A stretch of DNA of 64,000 nt from Methanobacteriota archaeon (GTDB taxonomy: Archaea > Thermoplasmatota > Poseidoniia > Poseidoniales > Poseidoniaceae), in contig JABJFI010000002.1 in assembly GCA_018662825.1 (NCBI GenBank), forward strand, positions 57 through 64,056, given 5' to 3'. The translations under genes were made by a program, and so were the position numbers. How positions within the stretch are numbered: position 1 is the first letter of the stretch; the number at the start of each line of letters is the position of its first letter. Shown here piece after piece: positions 1-8,300 of this stretch. The notes beneath the pieces were generated by a model, which was not told the DNA's origin, did no database searches, and was given only the letters and a program-made list of their open reading frames with translations.

Positions 1-381
1 CAAAGTATTCATGCTTTGACCGTGCTTTTCTGCATAGTTCATCGCATGATTGACCTTCAATCTTCGTTCGGCTGGATGTTCAACCGGCATCAATAATTGC
101 ATCCGTTCTCGAGTTGCTGCGCATGAAGCAAAAGAGACAATATCCTGCAGTAATGAACGATGTAAACGCTCAGCCTCTTTGGTCGCTAAGAATGAGCCTG
201 ATTGGCCAGCAACGATTCGAGCAAGTGATAAGGCACGCTTTGGAGACACGCCATCGATTTCCGCGATTCGAGCTATGTCACCTGATTTGAGCGAGGCGAT
301 GGCTTGTTCTTCACCACCGAAATGGTCGGTTATTTTTTGGGCAAGTCGTTGGCCAACTCCGGGTAAGGAACTCAGAACCAT
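1..381 (-). CDS. Archaeal MutS2/MutS5-like protein, N-terminal helix-hairpin-helix region (partial, runs off window start)
   Basis: Not in the ORF track. Manual translation of the minus strand from ATG 381 (alt 390) gives MVLSSLPGVGQRLAQKITDHFGGEEQAIASLKSGDIARIAEIDGVSPKRALSLARIV...FLATKEAERLHRSLL, open to base 1. Two HhH motifs followed by 'FLAT.ea' resemble N-termini of euryarchaeal MutS-family proteins; the ATPase domain is not visible. Confidence 0.65.
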   Translation of the reverse strand, partial: MVLSSLPGVGQRLAQKITDHFGGEEQAIASLKSGDIARIAEIDGVSPKRALSLARIVAGQSGSFLATKEAERLHRSLLQDIVSFASCAATRERMQLLMPVEHPAERRLKVNHAMNYAEKHGQSMNTL

Positions 382-461
382 ACGCGCCATCGTTTGTCAA
401 GGGCTTTTGAGGATATTGCTCAAACTCCCACTATGAGGGGTTAAACTGAACAGATACGCCT

Positions 462-1865
462 TCACGAATAATCAGGTAGTTCAAGTTCAACTGCAAACAG
501 TGGGTCTGGGTCTGTAGAGTCGTGGTAAGCAACGACCACTCCGCCATCATTAAGGATTCCAAGTGATGCAAAATCAAAGCGAATATCATTTCCAGCACCA
601 GAGGTTGAATCAAGGTCTCCTTGGCCGATGTAGGTCAGGGTATCCGGAGTCATGTCTTCGGAATATCCTCTCACATGATAGACCATATCGACATCAGGGC
701 CGTCAGTGCTTTGGTAGCGAATATTGAGGATGAAGAGGTCTAAATCACCGTTGGCTTGGAATTCCCATTCTTCAATTGAAGAGGAAACTGCGCCCATGTC
801 ATATGTGTAATTATCCCATGTCATGGCTCCATCAGTTGACATATAATGTGTGAAGGTTGTTCCAGAATTCTCAACGCAGTGCAGAGTTCCTGCAGAATCA
901 AAGTGGCAATATTCTGAAGGGAATTGTACTTCTAACTCATTCCACGATAGTGTGGTATCCATGTAGGCAGCATTTCCATTTGTGTAGTAACTTGGGAATA
1001 TGAGTCCACCTGTTGGCATAGGGAATGCTCGCATTTCCTTATGCGGTTTGTTGACGTCATAGTAAGGGGTTAATCCATCTTCAGTGAAATTGAGGTCTAG
1101 TTCGATAATAGGGTCATTTGAATCTCTGCCTGTGAACTGGAATGGATAGTAATTCAATCCATCTACACTGATTTGGCCACCTGCATCTTGAGTTTGGTGC
1201 CAAAAGTTTGAGACAACAATGCTTGCCCAATCACCGTTTCCAATCGACGAAGTGATTGGTCCAACCACTTCAACTTGCCACGACCGGTCATAGAATGGTT
1301 CAGTCAAACGATTGTAACACCATTTCCATTCATCCTCTGATTCATCAAAGAGAATAGCATAGAATTTGTCGATTTTTCCATCGGCTCCAATATATGGGAA
1401 CCATGACATTGAGATGATATCACCATTTGTTGCTTGAACAATACTTCCCTCTCCAAGCCCTTCTTGGCCGGGGTTGGTTGGAACGGCTGTTACACATTGT
1501 CCAAGTGCTGGAAGGAACCCCGGAATGTAGGTGTCCCAAGCATGGCCGCGGTCTTCACTCCAAACTGGGTATTCTCCACCGATGTTGAGAATTAGCCCTT
1601 CGATAGTAGTAGCAAGATAATGTTCACAGCAATTTCCACCTTTACTGGCATCAAATACAGCCCAAGAGGTATTAGTTGATTCATTGGTTCGTAAATCTAC
1701 AGTCACAAACATTCGTGCGTCTTCATGCGAAGTTTGGTCAATCAGCGCATAGGATTCCCATAGTGAAACCATTACCTCTTCATCAACGAATTCTTCACCA
1801 CTACCGAAACATCCTGCCAACACCATGGAGGATACCAAAAGAATGGACAGTGCGATGCGACGCAT
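462..1865 (-). CDS. Secreted lipoprotein with BNR/Asp-box motifs (sialidase-like beta-propeller), function unknown
   Basis: ORF track 462..1946; start moved to ATG 1865 because MRRIALSILLVSSMVLAGC is a lipobox signal and the longer ORF overlaps ileS. Asp-box-like motifs WSEDRGHAW, ISVDGLNY, MSTDGAMTW. Confidence 0.7.
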   Translation of the reverse strand: MRRIALSILLVSSMVLAGCFGSGEEFVDEEVMVSLWESYALIDQTSHEDARMFVTVDLRTNESTNTSWAVFDASKGGNCCEHYLATTIEGLILNIGGEYPVWSEDRGHAWDTYIPGFLPALGQCVTAVPTNPGQEGLGEGSIVQATNGDIISMSWFPYIGADGKIDKFYAILFDESEDEWKWCYNRLTEPFYDRSWQVEVVGPITSSIGNGDWASIVVSNFWHQTQDAGGQISVDGLNYYPFQFTGRDSNDPIIELDLNFTEDGLTPYYDVNKPHKEMRAFPMPTGGLIFPSYYTNGNAAYMDTTLSWNELEVQFPSEYCHFDSAGTLHCVENSGTTFTHYMSTDGAMTWDNYTYDMGAVSSSIEEWEFQANGDLDLFILNIRYQSTDGPDVDMVYHVRGYSEDMTPDTLTYIGQGDLDSTSGAGNDIRFDFASLGILNDGGVVVAYHDSTDPDPLFAVELELPDYS

Positions 1866-1888
1866 GATTTGGCGTAGTGCCTCATCTC

Positions 1889-1894
1889 TTTGAA
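1889..1894 (-). promoter_or_regulatory. Putative TATA-equivalent hexamer TTCAAA
   Basis: -29..-24 from ATG 1865. Confidence 0.55.
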
Positions 1895-1927
1895 GGCGTC
1901 GCAGGATTGAGATTAATGCTTTCAACC

Positions 1928-4900
1928 TTATTTGACAGCAAACCATACTGAAGTCCCATCGACTTCAAAGGTTTCAGCATCGCTTGGATGCTCTTCATCG
2001 CCCGAATGGAATACGGCAGCAGCAGCACGTGTTTCAGATACAATCCATTCACGGTCTTGCTCAAACATTTCTGGTGCATTTGCAGTCCAAATTTCCAAGT
2101 CAATGGTCGCTTCAATAGCAAGGTTGAGGTCTTTGCGCATGGCTTGGATTCGTCGAGTAATGTCTCGAGCCAAACCTTTGGAAAGAAGAGCGGGCGTGTC
2201 GTTCATATCAAGCACGAGACTGATTTGCTGTGCCTCATCACCTTGTCCAATCGTCATAGTAGATGCTGCAAAACCTTCGCGTTCAACCCGTCGGATTTCA
2301 ACATCGCTCTCTTCGATAGTAATACCCAAGATTTCACAGGTTCCAGCTTGAATGGCTGCAAACATTGCCGATGGGTCAGAAGCATTCTTGATTTCACCAG
2401 CAACAGCATTTACTTCGCTTCGTGCCTTTGGTGCAAGTGCACGGAAGTTTGGAGCGAGTTCAATTTGCTGGAAACGGTCGAGGTCATTTTCAACAGCAAT
2501 CGTTTCAACATTCAATTCTTCAGCCAGAATATCGTGGAACTCTTCCATATCAGGGCCTGAAACAATCCATCCTTGTGAACAAGGTAGGCGCTGTCTTCGA
2601 CCAGCCTCAACCCGAATACGTCGTCCGACTTCAGCAAGTTCTCTTACCAAGGCCATGGTCGTTTCAAGTGCAGAATCTTGAGGTGGAAGGTTAGCAGTAG
2701 CAGCGGCAGCATCTTCGTCCCATGAATCAGCAGTTGCCCCCTCAAGTGAGCCTGGAACTCCAAGTGGCCAAGCCGCTTGATGAACTGTTTCTCCTGTAAG
2801 GTTTCGATGAATTGTATCAACCATAAACGGACTGACAGGTGCCACAAGTCGGCATACGGTTGTCAAAATCTCATGAAGAGTATGTTGGCATGCGACTTTA
2901 TCGGTCGTTTCTGCATCATCCCAAAGTCGACGACGACTTCGACGAACATACCAATTAGAAACATCATTAACAATGAAATCTTCAAGATCACGGCAAGCCT
3001 TATGGAAATTCCAGCCCTTGAAATCAGCATGATAATTTTGAGCGGTTGTGGCAAGTCGAGACAATATCCAACGGTCAAGTGAAGGGCGAGAAGCAATTTC
3101 AGATGTTGATTGTTCGGGGTCGAAACCATCGAGCGCAGCGTAATCTGCATGGAACTTGTAGATGTTCCAGAGGGTCAAAAACATCTTTGCATAGGTTTCA
3201 CGCACCCCATTTGAATCGAATTTAAGTGGATTCCAAGGAGCGCCTGCTGTGACCATGTACCAGCGAGTAGCATCGGCCCCCTCACGATTGAAATGGTCCC
3301 ACGGGTCAACAATATTGCCACGGGATTTCGACATTTTCTTTCCTTCAGCATCGAGAATTAATCCAAGGCTCAAACAACGTTTGTAGGCAGGCTTGTCAAA
3401 CACGGTGGTAGAAACAGCGAGTAAAGTGTAGAACCACCCACGGGTTTGGTCTACACCTTCACAGATGTAATCAACTGGGAATGAAGCATCAAATATTTCA
3501 TTATCCTCAAAAGGATGATGCCACTGAGCGAAAGGAGCACAACCGGAATCAAACCAACAATCCATGACAAAAGGTTCTCTTTGCATCGGTTTTCCATCAT
3601 CAGAAACAAGAGTAAAGCCATCGACAATCGGGCGATGAAGGTCTACATCATCTGGACATTCTGGGTTTTCTATTCCAGCAGCAACTGCCTTGGCGACTTG
3701 CTCTTGAAGTTCAGCAATGGAGCCTATGCATTTCATGTTGCCTTCATCATCCCGCCAAACAGGAAGAGGTGTTCCCCAATATCGTTCACGGGAGATGGCC
3801 CAATCTTTGACATTGCGTAGCCATTCGCCGAATCGTCCTTCTCCAACCCAATCGGGGGCCCATTCAACTTCACTGTTGAACTCAAGAAGACGCTCTTTGA
3901 CTGCAGTCATTCGAACAAACCACGAATCCATCGCATAGTAGAGCAAAGGATGATCTGTTCTCCAACAGTGAGGATAATCGTGCAGATATGATTTTTCTCG
4001 GTAGAGCAGTCCACTTTCTGGACCTTTACCATTACTACCGCCAGAGGCGGAAAGAAGGTCGATGACAGTTTGGTCACAGTCCTTGACATAGCGACCATCG
4101 AGTTGTGGATGGGTCCCAGTGAGGAATGCACCATTCATGCCGACGGTATGGTATGCAGGCAATCCTGTTTCCATACCTAGATTGTAGTCATCTTCACCAT
4201 ACATGACGGCGGTATGTACGACTCCAGTTCCATCGGTTGTAGTCACCCAATCGGCTTCAAGAACAGTCCAAGCAGTAACTGAATCACCTCGAGGTACTGC
4301 ATCCGGGAATAGTGGCTCATATGCTCGCCCAACGAGAGATGAACCAGGGAATTCTTCGATGATTTCGACATTATGTCGAAGTACTTCTTTCATCAAATCT
4401 TTTGCCAAAATGATATCTTCTCCAACAGAAGCACCACCAGCACCAATCCAATTTTCGGCTTGCTCAGTGACTCTTGCACGAACATAGGTAACTTCAGGCC
4501 CAACCGCCAATCCTACATTTCCTGGGAGTGTCCATGGGGTTGTAGTCCATGCCAAAATGCTTGCCGAATCATCGACGAGTTTGAACTTGACATAGACGGA
4601 CGGTTCTTCCACTTCCTTGTATCCAAGAGCCACTTCGTGGCTTGAGTATGAGGTTCCAGTCTGCGGGCAGTATGGGAGAACTTTGTGTCCGCGATACAGC
4701 AAACCCTTGTCGAACATTTGTTTCATAGCCCACCAGCATGATTCAACATAATTGTTGTCAAGCGTAACATAAGGATTGTCTAAATCGACCCAGTATGCCA
4801 TTCGTTCAGTCATTTCTCTCCAAGCAGTTTCATATGTCCATACGGAATCTCGACACGCTTGGTTGAAGTTATCCATTCCGAAGGCTTCAATCGCTTCTTT

Positions 4901-5215
4901 GGACATCAAGTCCATTCGCTTTTGAACTTCGATTTCAACAGGTAGGCCGTGGGTATCCCAACCACCTTTTCGTTCTACTCGAAAACCTTCCATCGTCTTC
5001 CATCGGCAAACGAGATCCTTGTAGGCTCGTGCAACAACATGGTGAATACCTGGTTTTCCGTTGGCAGTTGGTGGTCCTTCAAGAAAGATAAATGGAGCTC
5101 CATTGCGGTTGGTTTCAATGGATTGTTGGAATGCATTTTCCGTTTTCCATGCTTCCAACAAAGATGTTTCGAGCGCGACAGCGTCGAGTTCACCTGCAGA
5201 TTTAGGACGTGCCAT
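1928..5215 (-). CDS. ileS: Isoleucine--tRNA ligase (type 2 IleRS)
   Basis: GPPTANGKPGIHH (HIGH equivalent), GWDTHGLPVE, WTTTPWTLPGN, GTGVVHTA editing domain, WAISRERYWGTPLP, EGVDQTRGWF and KMSKS. Alternative start 5221. Confidence 0.97.
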   Translation of the reverse strand: MARPKSAGELDAVALETSLLEAWKTENAFQQSIETNRNGAPFIFLEGPPTANGKPGIHHVVARAYKDLVCRWKTMEGFRVERKGGWDTHGLPVEIEVQKRMDLMSKEAIEAFGMDNFNQACRDSVWTYETAWREMTERMAYWVDLDNPYVTLDNNYVESCWWAMKQMFDKGLLYRGHKVLPYCPQTGTSYSSHEVALGYKEVEEPSVYVKFKLVDDSASILAWTTTPWTLPGNVGLAVGPEVTYVRARVTEQAENWIGAGGASVGEDIILAKDLMKEVLRHNVEIIEEFPGSSLVGRAYEPLFPDAVPRGDSVTAWTVLEADWVTTTDGTGVVHTAVMYGEDDYNLGMETGLPAYHTVGMNGAFLTGTHPQLDGRYVKDCDQTVIDLLSASGGSNGKGPESGLLYREKSYLHDYPHCWRTDHPLLYYAMDSWFVRMTAVKERLLEFNSEVEWAPDWVGEGRFGEWLRNVKDWAISRERYWGTPLPVWRDDEGNMKCIGSIAELQEQVAKAVAAGIENPECPDDVDLHRPIVDGFTLVSDDGKPMQREPFVMDCWFDSGCAPFAQWHHPFEDNEIFDASFPVDYICEGVDQTRGWFYTLLAVSTTVFDKPAYKRCLSLGLILDAEGKKMSKSRGNIVDPWDHFNREGADATRWYMVTAGAPWNPLKFDSNGVRETYAKMFLTLWNIYKFHADYAALDGFDPEQSTSEIASRPSLDRWILSRLATTAQNYHADFKGWNFHKACRDLEDFIVNDVSNWYVRRSRRRLWDDAETTDKVACQHTLHEILTTVCRLVAPVSPFMVDTIHRNLTGETVHQAAWPLGVPGSLEGATADSWDEDAAAATANLPPQDSALETTMALVRELAEVGRRIRVEAGRRQRLPCSQGWIVSGPDMEEFHDILAEELNVETIAVENDLDRFQQIELAPNFRALAPKARSEVNAVAGEIKNASDPSAMFAAIQAGTCEILGITIEESDVEIRRVEREGFAASTMTIGQGDEAQQISLVLDMNDTPALLSKGLARDITRRIQAMRKDLNLAIEATIDLEIWTANAPEMFEQDREWIVSETRAAAAVFHSGDEEHPSDAETFEVDGTSVWFAVK

Positions 5216-5238
5216 AGCCATGCGAGAAGAGTTTTTGT

Positions 5239-5244
5239 CTTGAA
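5239..5244 (-). promoter_or_regulatory. Putative TATA-equivalent hexamer TTCAAG (ileS)
   Basis: -29..-24 from ATG 5215. Confidence 0.55.
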
Positions 5245-5347
5245 CCTCACCCTTGTTTTCCTAAGTAAAAATGAACATTGAAGTTGTTTCAGATGTATTG
5301 GTATTAGCGTGGTAGGATAAAATAATCAGAAAAATTGCGGGGTATGT

Positions 5348-5353
5348 TTGAAG
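5348..5353 (+). promoter_or_regulatory. Putative TATA-equivalent hexamer TTGAAG
   Basis: -29..-24 from ATG 5377. Confidence 0.55.
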
Positions 5354-5376
5354 TCCTTTAACCGACAGGGGAGAGT

Positions 5377-8300
5377 ATGACGGGGTCTTCATCGCGCCGT
5401 GGGGCATTGCTCCTCACACTCTTGATGCTGTTTGGAGGGCCTTTGCAAACCATGCTGAGCGAACCTTCTTCCGTTACTGAAATGCCTACATTTTTGGAGG
5501 ATGAAGAAACGATTCTTTTGGCTGGAACTGGAGATGACGCGATAATTCAATTGTCCGGTTCAGGTTCGTATTCTGAATTATTCACTGTTGAGGTGCCAAG
5601 TAATGCTCCGGTAACCGATATTCATCTTTCCATGAAACCATCTGTAGATGTTACGCAACAAGGTTTTGTCTGGGATGATAATACCATTTGGTCGCACAGT
5701 AGTACGACCAATAACGGCACTTTTGTGCTTGATAATGTGTTGACGGGTAACGGTGCAGGAACATTGTGGGATTTCAATACGAATGCTGCAGGATGGAGTT
5801 TTTCAAATTCATATTCATCTCGTGTAACTTCTCCCGGGTGTGGATATAACGGTAGTTCTGGAGGTTCGATTCGGACCTATGCAGGTTCAACATATGCAAC
5901 ATCACCTGTCAATGATTTTTCGGGAGTTTCTGCAATGCCGCTCCATGTATGGGTGCGACAAGGTTCCAGTTCTTGCGGTGAAGAACCAGATTCCAACGAG
6001 GATTTGAAAATTCAATACCGCACTGCTAGCAATACTTGGACGAATCTTCATACATTCTCTGGAAGTCCGACGAGTAGTAATACCGCGACCCAATATATGA
6101 CAAATCTTCCAGCCGCTGCACTTCATTCCAATACCCAAATCCGCTTCCACCAGACTGGTGGTTCGGGAACTTGTTGCGACTATTGGTTTGTCGATGACGT
6201 ACATTTCGCCACACCACCTTCGGCAGAATGGACCAGCCCAACCATTGGATTTGCCGCCAGTTCATTCCAAGATGTTGAACAAGGGCCATGGGCGCCAATT
6301 TACCTTAATGCTGAAGTTCCAACCGGCGCAAATCTCAACTGGACAGTTCTTGATGGAACTACAGGAAATCCAATCTCTGGAATGACAGGGAACGGTGCAG
6401 GTTGGATTCCACTGAATGGATTGGATTGGCACAGCGTCACATCCATCCGCTTGAATCTATTTTTTGAGCCATCTCCAAATGGTCAAATGGCCAGCATTCA
6501 TTCGATCAGTGGCGATGGCCAATACGCCGTTTCAGCCAATTATCCTCAAGCGTTTGATGGCTGGTCGGCCAATGGAAGTAGTGCCTATTTCGTTCCGAGT
6601 ACGGATTCGTATGATGGAATGGTTAACGACCAATTCATTTCTCCGTGGTTCTCTGCATCTGCGGCCCTTGCCGAGATTTATGTCGATGCTACAACCATTC
6701 TTTCACAAGCACAAATTCGAACATCACCTGCCGACAACTGGACCAATATCACTTTGCCCTATTCGTTGAACTTACTCGGCAGTGAAGGCACAGTTGGAGC
6801 CTATCAAGTTCAATTCGTTGCTGCTTCAAACAGCACTACCGATGTTTGGCAAGTCTTTGATTTTGAAACAGGAGCATATGGAGGATTACAGCCTGCGGCT
6901 CCCGCTATCGATTTTGGTCAAGACTCTCTCTTTGAATGGGGTGGAAGCGATGCACGCGTTGGTTCATGGGGTTGGCAAGACCGTTTTGAAAATGGCCAAA
7001 CTTCGATTGCAGCCAATCCAGGCATTGGTGGTAGTTCCACTGTCAAGGCTTGGATTCCGGCGACTGAACTCAGCAGTTTTTGTTTCAGTGCACTCTCAAG
7101 CAATGGTGATTTAGCGGCGTTATCTCTCGTTCATGATGGCACTATTGTGGCGAATTGGACCATAGAAAGCGGTTCAAGTTATTTCATTCTTGACCAAACT
7201 CAACTTGCAGAGTTGAATGCAGCCATCGCAGGAACCTCGTCATTAGTTAGCGCTCTTGGGACTTATTTCACTGAAGTTGAATTCGAAGTCTTTGGTTCTG
7301 GAAATGTCACCTTAGCAGGCCTCGGCATTCCTTATGAGGCTTCAAAATCCCTTATTGCACCGGTTGATTCCTCGTTTGTTTTGGAAATGAATGGAGCTAG
7401 ATATGGTTTGCCAGCAATTGGTGGCGTCCATAACATTCCTTTGCCTATTACTTCAGAAACCTCAGGTGGACTTCATATTTCCATCGAGGGATTGAACACT
7501 TCTTCAAGCGTTCAATTGCTCAACATGAACATGCACACCGATGCACTCATTCTAACACCAAGTCAACGCTGGCAAACGATGGAAACTACCTTTGATGTCT
7601 TTTCCTCTTCAGCCACTACTGCACGCCTCGATGTAGTTGGAGGCGGAAATTCAGCAACTTGGTTACTGCCACTCAATGGCGGCTCTCCAATTGGTACAGG
7701 GGATTCAGCACTTGTTGAATTGCATCCAACTTCTGCCGTAACAAGTTTCGAAAGTGGGACTTCAATAACCATGAATATCACCTTTAGAATTGAACCATCT
7801 TGGGATGATTCAGACACCATTAAGGCGTCTTCACGATTGTTACTTGCAAATGGAGTACTTTCCATTCCCGCTTTGTATACTTGGGGCGGAATGGGTTCAC
7901 AAGGCTTTGAAAATGATTTGGAAATCAAGGATGTCATCTTCAAGGATTCCTACAATATTGAATTAGAACCTACAGACTATTATCTCAAAGCAGGTTCAAC
8001 TGTTCAAATTGAAATTCAAATTGGTTTTGAAGGCATGAACACCGATGATGCATTTGCTGATGGCGATGCAATTGTTGAATTTTATCGCGGTGAAACTCTG
8101 GTCGCAAATACCACCATACTCGATGGAAACATGTGGAACATTACCGACAACATCCCCTTTACCTTTGGTGCGATGGTTTGGCATTTCGAAGTTAAACCAA
8201 TCAATGGTTCTGGTACAACGTCTGCGGCGGTATTTACACGAACCTTCCATATTGATTCGATTACTCCACAAGTGCTTGATGTTAACATGGACCGCTATGA

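Noticed and set aside
50-436. 128-aa plus-strand ORF in the track
   Set aside because: Antisense shadow of the MutS-like gene on the minus strand, which has recognisable HhH motifs.
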